Assembly: GCA_965228895.1 (NCBI GenBank)
Contig: OZ245842.1
Span: 864,001-928,000, forward strand
Source of the DNA: Alphaproteobacteria bacterium
GTDB taxonomy: Bacteria > Pseudomonadota > Alphaproteobacteria > SP197
DNA length: 64,000 nt
Reading direction: 5' to 3'
Within the stretch, counting starts at the first letter, position 1, and every line of letters starts with the position of its first letter. The position numbers and the translations under genes are program-made. The notes under the pieces are model-generated. The model was not told the origin of the DNA. It did no database searches and saw only the letters and a program-made list of their open reading frames with translations. Below are positions 1 to 10,714 of this stretch, piece after piece.

Positions 1-135
1 CTTGTCGATACCGCCCTGGGGCATCTGCCAACCCATACCGTCGATGCGGCTGCCGGCAAAAACGAGGCCGGCGCGGTCAATCAGGACCACGCCGGCACAG
101 CGTCTATAGGGTAGGTCGCCCGTCGGCAACGTCGC

Positions 136-1485
136 TCACTGACCGTTCTGCGCGACGACGTCCTGGAGCAGGTAGAGACCTTCCAGAAGATCGAGGGCAC
201 GATTGAGCTGGTAGTCTTCGCGCGCCTGCTCGGAGCGTCCGGACTCTTCGAACGCCGCTTCTTCTTCGGAGATCTCCTCTTCGATGTTCTCGTCGAGAAC
301 CTCTTCGCCGACCGCGTCGTCGATGTCTTCTTCCGTACCTTCGGCGTCCAAGGAGTTTCTGAGGTCGGCCTCGTGTCGCTCAAGGCTCTCGTCGAGCGCA
401 TCGATCGTGGCCGTCGCGACATAGATATCCGGCACGATGCCCTTGGCCTGGATCGAGACCCCGGACGGCGTGTAGTAGCGCGCCGTCGTCAGGCGCATGG
501 CGCCGTGGCCGGGCAGTGGAATGATTGTCTGGACCGAGCCTTTGCCGAACGAGTCCGTGCCCATGATGATTGCGCGACGGTGGTCCTGCAGCGCACCGGC
601 AACAATTTCCGATGCGGATGCGGAACCGCCGTTGATCAGCACGACGATCGGTAGGCCTTCGGCCAAATCACCGGCGCGGGCGTTGAACCGCTGCGAGCTA
701 TCCGGACGCCGGCCACGGGTCGAGACGATCTCGCCTTGATCCAGGAAGGCGTCGGACACGGCGATGGCTTGGTCGAGCAGACCGCCCGGATTGTTGCGCA
801 GATCCAGCACGATGCCTTGCAGCTCATCGCCCAGTTCGGCCTTGATCTCTTCCAGGGCCTCCTGGACACCCTCATCGGCCTGTTCGTTGAACGAGGTAAT
901 ACGGATATAGCCAACCTTGTCTTCGATGCGCGAACGCACGGACTGGATGACGATGATATCGCGCGTGATGGTGATCTCGAGCGGCTCGTCAGCACCCTCG
1001 CGCAGCACGGTCAGGACGATATCGGTGTTGACCGGACCGCGCATGCGGTCGACCGCGTCGCCAAGCGTCATGCCAAGGATCGGTTCGCCGTCGAGATGGG
1101 TGATCAGATCACCGGCCTCGATGCCGGCGCGGAAGGCTGGCGTGTCGTCGATCGGTGACACCACCCGAACAAACCCGTCTTCCATGGTGACCTCGATGCC
1201 CAGCCCGCCGAACTCGCCGCGGGTCTGAACCTGCATCTCGCCGAAGCTTTCCGGATTGAGATAGCTGGAGTGCGGGTCGAGCGAACTCAGCATGCCGCGG
1301 ATGGCCGCTTCGATCAGCTCTTCGTCGGAGACTTCTTCGACGTATTCGGCACGCACGCGTTCAAACACGTCGCCAAACAGGTTGAGCTGTCGATAGGTAT
1401 CGGTACTGGCCGCATCGACATGGGTCGCGTGGGGTGCAAATAAGGCAAGAACCAAGCCCGCCACCAAAACAATCTTTTTCATCAT
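136..1485 (-). CDS. ctpA: S41 family carboxyl-terminal processing protease (PDZ + peptidase)
   Basis: Signal peptide, LDPHSSY, PDZ GLGI, DLRNNPGG, SASASEIVAGALQD and FGKGSVQ motifs. Start trimmed to MMKKIV, giving an ATGA overlap with the envC stop. Confidence 0.95.
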   Translation of the reverse strand: MMKKIVLVAGLVLALFAPHATHVDAASTDTYRQLNLFGDVFERVRAEYVEEVSDEELIEAAIRGMLSSLDPHSSYLNPESFGEMQVQTRGEFGGLGIEVTMEDGFVRVVSPIDDTPAFRAGIEAGDLITHLDGEPILGMTLGDAVDRMRGPVNTDIVLTVLREGADEPLEITITRDIIVIQSVRSRIEDKVGYIRITSFNEQADEGVQEALEEIKAELGDELQGIVLDLRNNPGGLLDQAIAVSDAFLDQGEIVSTRGRRPDSSQRFNARAGDLAEGLPIVVLINGGSASASEIVAGALQDHRRAIIMGTDSFGKGSVQTIIPLPGHGAMRLTTARYYTPSGVSIQAKGIVPDIYVATATIDALDESLERHEADLRNSLDAEGTEEDIDDAVGEEVLDENIEEEISEEEAAFEESGRSEQAREDYQLNRALDLLEGLYLLQDVVAQNGQ

Positions 1486-2693
1486 CCATTCACCTTGTTG
1501 TCGCCAGCCGCAAGCCACGGCAGCGGATTAATAGGTTCACCATTGCGTCGAAATTCGACATACAAGCGTTGAGGGTTATTGACCCCCTCCGCCATGACCC
1601 CAACGGGTTCACCGGCCAAGAGCCATTGGCCCAGTACGGCATCGACACGCGAAAAGCCAGCCAACACCGTATGGTATCCCTCGCCATGCGCGATGATCAA
1701 CATTAGCCCATAGTGCCCAAAAACGCCGGAATACACGATTCGGCCGTCATAGGGCGTTACCACCTGCGCGCCGCCGGCTGTTGCGATGACAATGCCTTCG
1801 CTACGGGCACCGTCTTCTATGGCGGCGTTGAAGTTGGTGACGATCTCGCCGCGCACGGGAAGCGGCAGGTCGCCCTGGGCGGCCGTGAACGTCATGGTGG
1901 CAATCGCGCCAGCCGCCGCGACACTTTCGGGACTGGCGCCCTCGGCCCGCTCGGCGGCGGCCTGCTCGGCCAATTGGCGCAGCAGATCGCGTAGATTGCC
2001 TGCCTCGGCCGTCAGCGCTTCGTTTCGCGCGGTCAGTGTCGCCTGTTCGCTATGCAGCCCCGACAGAATTGCCTCTTTGCGCGCGACCAGGCCGGCGACG
2101 ACCTCATGTTGTTCTTGAACACGGGCGCGGACCGCCTCCAGTTCCTCGCCCTGTTCGGCAATTCGCGCCTTCAGCGCGTTCAAGGTCTGGATGTCGCTGG
2201 CAATCTGCTCTGCCTGTTCGTCCAGATAGGGTGTGATGGACGCCAGCAGCATGGCGGTGCGGTGCGTATCGGTCGGCGAGCGCGGCAGGGCAATCAACAT
2301 GTCGGCAGGCTGACGCGCAATGCGCTGCAACGCCGATAAGACCAAGGCCAACTCGTCGCGCCGGGCATCAAAGTCTGTGCGGCGATCGTCAAGCTCTGCG
2401 TTCAAGCTGATAAGGGTGGCGCTGAGTTCTTCGGCCGACTGTTCGTGGTCTCGGATCCGGGTGGCAGTCGCCAGCATCGCCTGGCGCAGTTCGTCCAACT
2501 CGTTGGCGATTGTGGCGGCTTCCTCGCCGAGCGCTTCGCGCGCCTCACGGGTCTCGTCCAACTCCCGTTCTACGGATTCCAACCGCAAACCGGGATCGTC
2601 CGGCTCGTCCTCGGCCAAAACAGCCGGCACGACGAGGATGAGAGTAAGTGCGCCTGTTGCGACGACCATGGCGAAACGGCTAGCCCGCCGCAC
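1482..2693 (-). CDS. envC: murein hydrolase activator EnvC family (coiled coil + degenerate M23 domain)
   Basis: Signal peptide, long coiled coil, C-terminal M23-like LYVEFRRNGEPINP. Conserved gpmI-envC-ctpA order. Confidence 0.9.
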   Translation of the reverse strand: MRRASRFAMVVATGALTLILVVPAVLAEDEPDDPGLRLESVERELDETREAREALGEEAATIANELDELRQAMLATATRIRDHEQSAEELSATLISLNAELDDRRTDFDARRDELALVLSALQRIARQPADMLIALPRSPTDTHRTAMLLASITPYLDEQAEQIASDIQTLNALKARIAEQGEELEAVRARVQEQHEVVAGLVARKEAILSGLHSEQATLTARNEALTAEAGNLRDLLRQLAEQAAAERAEGASPESVAAAGAIATMTFTAAQGDLPLPVRGEIVTNFNAAIEDGARSEGIVIATAGGAQVVTPYDGRIVYSGVFGHYGLMLIIAHGEGYHTVLAGFSRVDAVLGQWLLAGEPVGVMAEGVNNPQRLYVEFRRNGEPINPLPWLAAGDNKVNG

Positions 2694-4230
2694 GTTCCTG
2701 CCTCGCGGCTATCAGCGTATGACCGGTCATCTCGCGAGGCTGCTTAAGATGCAGCAGATCCAAAAGGGTCGGCGCAATGTCGCACAAGCGGCCCGGCTCA
2801 AGGACGATGCCCGGTTCGGCGCCCACCAAGACCAAAGGCACCGGGTTCGTCGTGTGGGCGGTGTGGATGATTCCGGATTGGGGATCGCGCATGGTCTCGA
2901 TGTTGCCGTGGTCGGCGGTAATCAACAAAAGCCCGCCAGCATCGCTCACCGCATCGGCGATCCGGCCCAGGCACGTATCAACCACCTCGACGGCTTTGAT
3001 GGCGGCGGCCAAGACACCGGTATGGCCGACCATATCGGGGTTGGCGAAGTTGCAGATAACTACGTCGAAACTGCGCTCACGGATCGCCGCCACCAGTTTG
3101 TCCGTCACTTGCTCCGCCGACATTTCCGGCTTCAGGTCATAGGTTGCGACCTTGGGCGAGGGTACGAGAATGCGGTCTTCACCTTCGAAGACATGCTCCT
3201 CGCCGCCATTGAAGAAATAGGTGACGTGGGCGTACTTCTCCGTCTCCGCGATCCGAAGCTGGCGAAGGCCAGCCTCAGCCACCAGACTGCCCAAGCTCTT
3301 GGCCACGTTCTGCGGCGCGAACAGCGACGGCAACAGCGGATCAAGGGCATTGGAATAGGAAACCACACCGGCCGCGGCCGAGAATGTGATCCGGCGTGAA
3401 CGCTCAAAACCGTCGAAATCCGGGTCAAGCAGCGCGTTCAGTAACTGGCGCGCGCGATCGGCCCGGAAGTTCGCCATGACCAGGCCATCGCCGTCATGCA
3501 TGCCGTCATAGTCACCGATCACAAACGGCTCGGCGAACTCGTCGGTTTGGCCGTTCTCATAGGTTTGATGCACGGCATCCAGCGCGTTCGCGGCGGCGTG
3601 GCCGCGCCCGGTGACGATCGCGTCAAAGGCGGGCCCAACCCGCTCCCACCGCTTGTCCCGATCCATGGCGTAATAGCGCCCGATGACGGTCGCAAAGTTC
3701 GCCTTGGGTGCGGCAGATGAGAAGGCCGCGATAAAGTCTTCGGCGCTTGACGGCGGCGTATCGCGCCCATCGAGGATGGCGTGCACCATGACCTCGATGC
3801 CGTGTTCGGCCAGGATGTTGGCCAGCGCGGCCATGTGGTCTTGGTGGCTGTGGACGCCGCCCGGGGACAGCAGGCCCATCAGGTGACAGCGGCCGGTGCC
3901 GCGCTTCACACCGTCGATCAGGCTCCCCAGGACCGGATTGGTGGCAAGCGAGCCATCTGCCACGGCGCGGTCGATACGCGGCAGGTCCTGCATCATGATG
4001 CGCCCGGCGCCCATGGTCAGGTGGCCGACCTCGGAATTGCCCATTTGACCGCAAGGCAGGCCGACCGCCTCGCCGGACGTGTCGAGCCGGGTATGGGGCG
4101 CCGATGCCATGAAACGCCGCCAGACCGGGGTCTGGGCGGCACGTATCGCATTATCGGGCGTATCGGGGCCGCAACCCCAGCCGTCCAGAATGCACAAGAC
4201 GACGGGGCCTGGCCGGGTCGATTGGTTCAT
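2680..4230 (-). CDS. gpmI: 2,3-bisphosphoglycerate-independent phosphoglycerate mutase
   Basis: ILDGWG, GQMGNSEVGH, AETEKYAHVT, NPDMVGHTG and TADHGN motifs. Confidence 0.97.
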   Translation of the reverse strand: MNQSTRPGPVVLCILDGWGCGPDTPDNAIRAAQTPVWRRFMASAPHTRLDTSGEAVGLPCGQMGNSEVGHLTMGAGRIMMQDLPRIDRAVADGSLATNPVLGSLIDGVKRGTGRCHLMGLLSPGGVHSHQDHMAALANILAEHGIEVMVHAILDGRDTPPSSAEDFIAAFSSAAPKANFATVIGRYYAMDRDKRWERVGPAFDAIVTGRGHAAANALDAVHQTYENGQTDEFAEPFVIGDYDGMHDGDGLVMANFRADRARQLLNALLDPDFDGFERSRRITFSAAAGVVSYSNALDPLLPSLFAPQNVAKSLGSLVAEAGLRQLRIAETEKYAHVTYFFNGGEEHVFEGEDRILVPSPKVATYDLKPEMSAEQVTDKLVAAIRERSFDVVICNFANPDMVGHTGVLAAAIKAVEVVDTCLGRIADAVSDAGGLLLITADHGNIETMRDPQSGIIHTAHTTNPVPLVLVGAEPGIVLEPGRLCDIAPTLLDLLHLKQPREMTGHTLIAARQERAAG

Positions 4231-4314
4231 AGGCACCTTATATCAGCGGCTTGGCTGGCCTTGTAGTGCGCACAATCCTTGCTTCGCGCACAACCGTGTC
4301 ATCTGTGGGGCAGG

Positions 4315-4767
4315 TCATTCGCGGTGATAGGGGTGGCCGGTTTGGATGGTGTGGGCGCGGTAGAGTTGCTCAACCAAAAGCAGCCGCGCCAGCATGTGGG
4401 GCCAGGTCATGCGGCCCAGCGACAGCACCAGATCGGCCTGGTCGAGAACCGTGTCGCCGTGGCCGTCGGCACCGCCGATCAGGATGGCCACGTCGCGCTG
4501 GCCATCGTCGCGGCGCTTGGCCAGCCAATCGGACAGTCCTTCGCTGGTCAGACCCTTGCCGCGCTCGTCGAGCGCGATGACGCCGGCGCCATCAGGTACC
4601 GCTGCCAGCAGCGCGGTTGCCTCGTCGTCTTTACGCCGGCCCGGTTGGCGTCCTTCTGCGATCTCCCGGGTCGTCAGGTCCCAGGGCAGGCGCTTGGCGT
4701 AGTCGCTGATCAGGTCACGGATCGGTCCGTTGCGCAGGCGGCCGACCGCCGCAATCGTGATCCGCAT
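4315..4767 (-). CDS. rlmH: 23S rRNA (pseudouridine1915-N3)-methyltransferase
   Basis: MRITIAAVG start, LDERGK, IGGADG, MTWPHMLARLLLVEQLYRA, GHPYHR. Confidence 0.96.
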   Translation of the reverse strand: MRITIAAVGRLRNGPIRDLISDYAKRLPWDLTTREIAEGRQPGRRKDDEATALLAAVPDGAGVIALDERGKGLTSEGLSDWLAKRRDDGQRDVAILIGGADGHGDTVLDQADLVLSLGRMTWPHMLARLLLVEQLYRAHTIQTGHPYHRE

Positions 4768-4774
4768 GGCACGA

Positions 4775-5203
4775 TCAGGCGTGCGCTTCCATGCGCTCGG
4801 TTGGCGGCAAAGCGACCGACCACATCTTCTCCAGATTGTAGTGCTCGCGCGTTTCGGGCCGGAAGATGTGCAAGATGACATCGCCAAGGTCGACCAGGAC
4901 CCAATCGCCTTGCGACCGACCTTCGACGCCGATCGCTTTGCGACCGGTTTCCTTCAACGCCTTGATCACGCGTTCGGTCAACGCGAGAACTTGGCGCTGG
5001 GAACCGCCGCTGGCGATGATCATTCGGTCTGCGATGCTGGTTTTGCCGGCAAGATCAATCTCGACGATATCGTCGGCCTTGCCGTCTTCAAGGGCGCTTA
5101 TGATGAGTGCCGCTATGGTCGGGGCTTCGGCCCCGCGGGGACGTTTGCTTGCTATCGGGATGCTCCCTTCACTGTTGTCGCTACATTCGTTAACCATATT
5201 CAA
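4775..5203 (-). CDS. rsfS: ribosome silencing factor (Iojap)
   Basis: KADDIVEIDL, WVLVDLGDVILHIFRPETREHYNLEKMW. Exact start uncertain. Confidence 0.93.
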   Translation of the reverse strand: MNMVNECSDNSEGSIPIASKRPRGAEAPTIAALIISALEDGKADDIVEIDLAGKTSIADRMIIASGGSQRQVLALTERVIKALKETGRKAIGVEGRSQGDWVLVDLGDVILHIFRPETREHYNLEKMWSVALPPTERMEAHA

Positions 5204-5823
5204 GTTCCGGCGTGCCGGAACTTGGCCTGACCCGTCCTGATCGCGGTTGCCGATGCCGGGTGGCGCGGGCCCATTATATAGGTCCAGGCCGGCGCCTCCT
5301 GGTCGGCCAGATCGCGTGCTTTAAGCGGCGCGATCCTGCTGCGGCGGAATCGAATAGCCGCCGGACTGGCCAGACAACTTAAAGAATAGGGAGACCGATC
5401 AAAAACCGCAACGGGGACAGTTGTGAAGATTCGATGCCATTCGTGCCAATGATGGATGGTGGCCAGGTTATCGGCACCCATCAACCATACGAAACGCGTG
5501 GTTGGACTGCGTCTGCGCAGGCGGCCCAAGGTATCGGCGGTATAGCGCGTGCCAAGCCGATCCTCGATATCCGTCACACGAACCCGCGGCAGATCAACAA
5601 ACGCCGTGGCGTTCGCGAAGCGCACGTCAAGCGGCGCCATGTCCGATGTCGATTTCGATGGGTTCTGAGGCGCGACCAACCACCAGACTTCGTCCAGGCG
5701 CAGCAAGCGTAGCGCCATATTCGTGACAAACAGGTGACCTTCGTGGGCCGGGTTGAACGAGCCGCCCAGCAGGCCGATCTTGCGGCCCGCCGCCGAGGTC
5801 AGAAGCGCCAGGTCCGAAGTCAG
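5200..5823 (-). CDS. nadD: nicotinate-nucleotide adenylyltransferase
   Basis: LLGGSFNPAHEGH and WLMGADNL motifs, proA-nadD-rsfS synteny. Start uncertain; a CTG overlapping the proA stop was used. Confidence 0.9.
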   Translation of the reverse strand: MTSDLALLTSAAGRKIGLLGGSFNPAHEGHLFVTNMALRLLRLDEVWWLVAPQNPSKSTSDMAPLDVRFANATAFVDLPRVRVTDIEDRLGTRYTADTLGRLRRRSPTTRFVWLMGADNLATIHHWHEWHRIFTTVPVAVFDRSPYSLSCLASPAAIRFRRSRIAPLKARDLADQEAPAWTYIMGPRHPASATAIRTGQAKFRHAGT

Positions 5824-7112
5824 GGTCTGGTCTGTCCGTTGCCGCGCACGACATACTTGAATGTCGTGAGCTGATCGACACCGACCGGACCGCGCGCATG
5901 CAATCGGTTGGTCGAAATGCCGATCTCCGCGCCCATGCCGAACTCGCCGCCGTCGGCGAATTGGGTCGAGGCGTTCCACATGGCGATCGCACTGTCGACC
6001 GATGCCAGGAAGTGTTCGGCGGCCGCGGCGTCTTCGGTGACGATGGCATCGGTGTGATCCGATCCATGCCGGGCGATGTGCTCGAGGGCACCTTCCACGC
6101 CATCGACCTCGCGGACCGAAAGGATCGTGTCCAAGTGCTCGGTATCCCAGTCCTCGTCGCTGGCCGGTTGAACGCGGGGATCAAGACGCATGGCAGCGGT
6201 ATCGCCGCGCAGTTCACAGCCAGCATCCAACAGCGGGGCCACGATCAGCCGGCGGGTGTCGTCGTCCAAACGCCGGTCGAACAGCAGAGTCTCCATGGCG
6301 CCGCAGATACCGGTGCGCCGAAGTTTGGCGTTAAGCGCGATGTCGCGGGCCATCTCAGGATTGGCGGCTGCGTCGACATAGGTATGGCACAGGCCCATCA
6401 GGTGGGCGATCACCGGAACACGGCTTTCGTCCTGCACACGTTCGACCAGCGTCTGGCCGCCGCGCGGCACAATGATGTCGATCCAGCGCGTCATCGTCAG
6501 CATTTCGCCGACCGCCGCGCGGTCGGTTGTCGGCACCAGTTGAACCGCCGTTTCCGGCAGGCCGGCTTCGCGCAGCCCTTGGTGCAGGCACGCGGTGATG
6601 ACGTGGGATGAATGAAAACTCTCCGATCCTCCACGCAGAATGGCCGCGTTGCCGGCCTTCAGGCACAACCCGCCGGCATCCGCGGTCACGTTGGGCCGGG
6701 ACTCATAGATGATGCCGATAACGCCCAGCGGCACCGCGACGCGGGCGATATCCAGGCCGTTCGGTCGTTGCCAGCGCGCGAGTTCGCGTCCAACCGGATC
6801 GTCCAAGTCGGCAATGGCCTCAAGACCCGCTGCCATCGCTTCGATCCGTTCGGGATTGAGCGTCAACCGATCCATCAGCGCTTTCGACAAGCTTCGCTCA
6901 CGCCCAACGGCGAGATCGGCCTTGTTCGCATCGATCAGCGCGGACTCGCGGTCGCGCAAAGCCGCCGCCGCCGCGCGAAGCGCCGTGTTCTTGGTCTCGG
7001 TTGCCGCTTGGGCCAACGCGCGCGACGTTTCGCGCGCGGCGCGGCCCATCTCGTCCATCACCGTGGCGATATTGTCCTCAACCAGGTTTTGCGCTGTCGA
7101 TAACGCGGTCAT
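5820..7112 (-). CDS. proA: glutamate-5-semialdehyde dehydrogenase
   Basis: IYESRPNVT, ICGAMETLL, FADGGEFGMGAEIGIST. Confidence 0.97.
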   Translation of the reverse strand: MTALSTAQNLVEDNIATVMDEMGRAARETSRALAQAATETKNTALRAAAAALRDRESALIDANKADLAVGRERSLSKALMDRLTLNPERIEAMAAGLEAIADLDDPVGRELARWQRPNGLDIARVAVPLGVIGIIYESRPNVTADAGGLCLKAGNAAILRGGSESFHSSHVITACLHQGLREAGLPETAVQLVPTTDRAAVGEMLTMTRWIDIIVPRGGQTLVERVQDESRVPVIAHLMGLCHTYVDAAANPEMARDIALNAKLRRTGICGAMETLLFDRRLDDDTRRLIVAPLLDAGCELRGDTAAMRLDPRVQPASDEDWDTEHLDTILSVREVDGVEGALEHIARHGSDHTDAIVTEDAAAAEHFLASVDSAIAMWNASTQFADGGEFGMGAEIGISTNRLHARGPVGVDQLTTFKYVVRGNGQTRP

Positions 7113-8224
7113 GACAACACCAAATCATCTCTATGAATTAACTCTTCGCGGCCACGGTAGCCCAGCAAATCGCCGATTTCACCGCTTTTATGCCCGGCGA
7201 TGCGGCGTGCGTCCTGGCACGAATAGGCGACCAGGCCGCGGGCGATCTCGCGCCCGTTCGTGTCTTTGACCAAAACGGCATCCCCCTTTTCGAAACGTCC
7301 CTCAATGGTCGTAACGCCGGCCGGCAACAGGCTTTTGCCGGCGGCAAGCGCCTTGCGCGCGCCATCGTCGACGATCAGCGATCCCGTGGGTTTGAGCGAC
7401 CCGGCGATCCAGCTCTTGCGTGCGGCGCGTGGCGTCGAGGCAGCGACGAACCAGGACGATGGCCCACCGTCCAGGATATGGCGTAGCGGATGATCGTGGT
7501 GGCCGTTGGTGATCACCATGTGACAGCCGGCAGCAACCGCTATTCGGGCGGCGGCCAGCTTGGTCTCCATGCCGCCGGAGGAATCGCCCGGCGGTGCCTT
7601 GCCGGCCATGGCGGCGACCTCATCGGTGATCGCGGTGACCTCCGGGATAAGATTGGCATCCGCGCGCTTGCGTGGATCGGCATCATAGAAGCCATCAATA
7701 TCCGACAGCAGGACAAGCACGTCGGCGCTGGTCATGGCCGCGACGCGGGCCGCCAGCCGGTCGTTGTCGCCAAACCGGATCTCGGTCGTGGCGACCGTGT
7801 CGTTCTCGTTTACGACAGGCACGGCGCCGACCCTTAGGAGACGGTTGATGGTGCCAAGCGCGTTCAGGTAGCGACGCCGCGCTTCAGTGTCTTCGAGGGT
7901 CAGCAGGACCTGCGCGACACGGATATCGTGATGGCCAAGCGCTTCTTCATAGGCATGGGCCAAATGGATTTGGCCACACGCTGCGGCGGCCTGGCTTTCG
8001 TCCAACCGCAGTGTTCCCTTCGACAGTCCCAGCCGGCGGCGGCCCAGCGCGATTGCACCGGAGGTGACGATGACGACCTCCTGGCGTTCTGCCCGCATGG
8101 CTGCGATGTCGGCGGCAAGTGTCTCCAGCCATGATCGGCGGATGCGACCGTCCGTATCGCCAACCAGAAGCGCCGAGCCGATCTTGACAACGACGCGCCG
8201 TGCTTTCTTCAAACGGCTGGCCAT
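7109..8224 (-). CDS. proB: glutamate 5-kinase (with PUA domain)
   Basis: VVKIGS, NENDTV, FGDNDRLAA, GGMETK and a C-terminal PUA domain. Confidence 0.97.
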   Translation of the reverse strand: MASRLKKARRVVVKIGSALLVGDTDGRIRRSWLETLAADIAAMRAERQEVVIVTSGAIALGRRRLGLSKGTLRLDESQAAAACGQIHLAHAYEEALGHHDIRVAQVLLTLEDTEARRRYLNALGTINRLLRVGAVPVVNENDTVATTEIRFGDNDRLAARVAAMTSADVLVLLSDIDGFYDADPRKRADANLIPEVTAITDEVAAMAGKAPPGDSSGGMETKLAAARIAVAAGCHMVITNGHHDHPLRHILDGGPSSWFVAASTPRAARKSWIAGSLKPTGSLIVDDGARKALAAGKSLLPAGVTTIEGRFEKGDAVLVKDTNGREIARGLVAYSCQDARRIAGHKSGEIGDLLGYRGREELIHRDDLVLS

Positions 8225-8227
8225 AGG

Positions 8228-9238
8228 TCAGGCCTCGACCAATGGCTGGCGCGCCATCTCGATATGGCGCATTAGCGCACGCAGGATGCCATCGACGCCT
8301 TCGCCGGTGACGCCTGACATCATGGCAATCTCGGGGCCGGCGACCGCGCTGAGTTCATCGCGTTGCATGGCGCGCAGTTCAGCGTCGAGCGCGTCGATTT
8401 TGTTCAGCGCGACAATCGTCGGTTTATCCGCGAGACCATGGCCATAGGCCTTGAGCTCGTTGCGGATTGTCGTGTAGTCGCCGGCGACGTCGTCGGCCGT
8501 GCCGTCAACCAGATGCAGGACGACGGCGCAGCGCTCGGCATGGCCGAGGAACCGGTCGCCCAGGCCGACGCCCTCATGGGCACCAGCGATAAGCCCAGGA
8601 AGATCGGCCAGCACGAACTCCTGCTCGTCGATGCCGACGACGCCAAGTTGGGGATGCAGCGTGGTGAACGGATAGTCGGCGACCCGTGGTTTGGCGCGGG
8701 TGACGCGCGCCAGAAAGGTCGACTTGCCCGCATTGGGCAGGCCGATCAGACCGGCATCGGCGATCAGTTTCAGGCGCAGCCAGAGCCAGAGCTCTTCGCC
8801 CGGCCAGCCGGGGTCGGAACGGCGTGGCGCCCGGTTGGTCGACGACTTGAACCGCGTGTTACCGCGTCCGCCGTCGCCGCCCTTGAGCAGCACAACGCGG
8901 TCGCCCGGTTCGGTCAGGTCGGCCAACAGGGTCTCACGGTTTTCGCCGAGCACCTGGGTCCCTGGCGGCACCTGCATGACAATTGGGGCGGCGCTTGCGC
9001 CGGTCCGGTTGCCGCCCTCGCCGGGGCGTCCGTTCTTGGCCTTGAAGTGCTGGCGATAGCGGAAATCGATCAGGGTGTTCAGGTTGGGAACACATTCCAC
9101 GACCACATCGCCGCCGCGCCCGCCATCGCCACCGTCGGGCCCGCCGAATTCGACATACTTCTCACGCCGAAAGCTGACAGCACCGGCGCCGCCGTTGCCG
9201 CTCTTGACGAAGACCTTGGCTTCATCCAGGAACTTCAT
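8228..9238 (-). CDS. obgE: GTPase ObgE/CgtA
   Basis: MKFLDEAK, Gly-rich Obg fold, [23 protein letters not shown]. Confidence 0.97.
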   Translation of the reverse strand: MKFLDEAKVFVKSGNGGAGAVSFRREKYVEFGGPDGGDGGRGGDVVVECVPNLNTLIDFRYRQHFKAKNGRPGEGGNRTGASAAPIVMQVPPGTQVLGENRETLLADLTEPGDRVVLLKGGDGGRGNTRFKSSTNRAPRRSDPGWPGEELWLWLRLKLIADAGLIGLPNAGKSTFLARVTRAKPRVADYPFTTLHPQLGVVGIDEQEFVLADLPGLIAGAHEGVGLGDRFLGHAERCAVVLHLVDGTADDVAGDYTTIRNELKAYGHGLADKPTIVALNKIDALDAELRAMQRDELSAVAGPEIAMMSGVTGEGVDGILRALMRHIEMARQPLVEA

Positions 9239-9696
9239 GGCACGATCCTTCCCGTTGCCGAAGGATCGTCGAAGCTGCGCTCGCCGAGATCCTGGCAAAA
9301 GCGCAGAAGATAGCCGTCCGGGTCCTGCACCAGGAACTGGCGCTGTCCATAGCTGCGATCAGCACCGGCGTACCAGACTTCCTCCGGCTCTCGAAACAGC
9401 GGATGGTCGATGGCGGCGAGGGCATCAAGCAAGGCGGTCAGATCACCGGTTTCGATCTGCAGGTTGATGCCGCGCCCGAACGGCAGTTCAAGCGGTGCGG
9501 TCAACCATCCGTCCGGTTCGGTCTGATCCAACATGATCTGACTTCCCTCGCGCTCAAGGTAGGCGAAAGGCGGGTCACTGCGGCCGTAGAGACGCTCGAA
9601 GCCCAGCACATCACAATAGAACGTGAGACTGGCCGCGACATCGCGGCACAACAGCTCGGGTACCAGAGCATTGAAGTTCAGATCTCGTTCGGTCAT
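9235..9696 (-). CDS. VOC/glyoxalase-bleomycin resistance family protein
   Basis: LVPEL...[35 protein letters not shown] overlap with obgE. Confidence 0.85.
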   Translation of the reverse strand: MTERDLNFNALVPELLCRDVAASLTFYCDVLGFERLYGRSDPPFAYLEREGSQIMLDQTEPDGWLTAPLELPFGRGINLQIETGDLTALLDALAAIDHPLFREPEEVWYAGADRSYGQRQFLVQDPDGYLLRFCQDLGERSFDDPSATGRIVP

Positions 9697-9720
9697 CGCC
9701 GTGTCGTATGCCTCGCATAC

Positions 9721-9750
9721 AAAAAAGGGGGAATGGCGCGCCATTCCCCC
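9721..9750 (-). terminator. rho-independent terminator downstream of rpmA
   Basis: Perfect 10-bp stem GGGGGAATGG-cgcg-CCATTCCCCC followed by a T6 run on the minus strand. Confidence 0.85.
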
Positions 9751-9780
9751 TGGTCAATCCGTTTGTCTGGGGCGGAGCGC

Positions 9781-10050
9781 CTATTCGGCAGCCTCCGCGG
9801 CCGGGACCACGTCGATGAACATGCGCCGCGCGTTCAAGCGCCGGAACCGCACGTGGCCGTCGGTGGTCGCAAAAATCGTATGGTCCTTGCCCATGCCGAC
9901 ATTCTCGCCGGGATGGAACTTGGTGCCGCGCTGGCGCACGATGATGTTGCCGGCGATGACCTGTTCGCCGCCGAACTTCTTCACGCCCAGCCGTTGACCC
10001 GGTGAGTCGCGCCCGTTACGCGAGCTGCCGCCTGCTTTTTTATGAGCCAT
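9781..10050 (-). CDS. rpmA: 50S ribosomal protein L27
   Basis: [16 protein letters not shown]...[10 protein letters not shown]. Confidence 0.98.
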   Translation of the reverse strand: MAHKKAGGSSRNGRDSPGQRLGVKKFGGEQVIAGNIIVRQRGTKFHPGENVGMGKDHTIFATTDGHVRFRRLNARRMFIDVVPAAEAAE

Positions 10051-10053
10051 GGA

Positions 10054-10545
10054 TCAATCCTCCTGGCTATCGGAGCTATCGGTTTTGGGCGCCGCGGCCT
10101 TCTTGGCGGCGGCCTTTTTCGCCGGCGCCTTCTTGGCAGCGGCCTTTTTGGCCGGTGCCTTGTCCGCCGCTGCGTCGTCGTCCGCCTTCTTGGCCGGCGC
10201 GGCTTTTTTGGCCGCTGCCTTGGGCTTGGCGCCCTTGGCCAGAATCTCGGTGATCTTCAGAACCGTGTGTTCCTGGCGGTGGCCGGCGTGACGGCGATAG
10301 TGCTTGCGCCGTTTCTTCTTGAAAATCAGGATCTTGCGGGCCCTGGTCTGGTCCACGACCTCAGCCGTGACCTGGGCGCCATCAAGCACGGGGGCGCCGA
10401 TTTCGACGTCCTCGCCGCTGCCCATCATGAGAACACGGTCAAACGTCACCGATTCGCCGGGATCGCCGTCCAGGCGCTCCACGGTCACGATGTCGTTTTG
10501 GGCGACGCGGTACTGTTTGCCGCCGGTTTCGATAACTGCGAACAT
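10054..10545 (-). CDS. rplU: 50S ribosomal protein L21 with Ala/Lys-rich C-terminal extension
   Basis: [14 protein letters not shown]...FKKKRRK...GHRQ, followed by a PAKK-repeat tail. Confidence 0.97.
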   Translation of the reverse strand: MFAVIETGGKQYRVAQNDIVTVERLDGDPGESVTFDRVLMMGSGEDVEIGAPVLDGAQVTAEVVDQTRARKILIFKKKRRKHYRRHAGHRQEHTVLKITEILAKGAKPKAAAKKAAPAKKADDDAAADKAPAKKAAAKKAPAKKAAAKKAAAPKTDSSDSQED

Positions 10546-10714
10546 AAGAAAAGGCCTTCTTTTTTGATCCGCGCACGGCCCAGATCGGCCTGATCGGGCG
10601 GGCGGAGCCGCGAACTATATGTATCCGCGTCCCGATGTCAACCGGATGCGACACGACTGGAGAACGACCGATAGATTCGGCTGAAATCGAGGCCCCAGGC
10701 GGCTGTCGTGCGGT

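Noticed and set aside
2320-9313. Long + strand ORFs (e.g. 2320-3399, 5898-6611, 8363-9313)
   Set aside because: Antisense shadows of GC-rich housekeeping genes with no recognisable motifs.
10070-10240. Low-complexity repeats in the rplU 3' end
   Set aside because: They encode an ordinary Ala/Lys-rich L21 tail, not a DNA repeat element.
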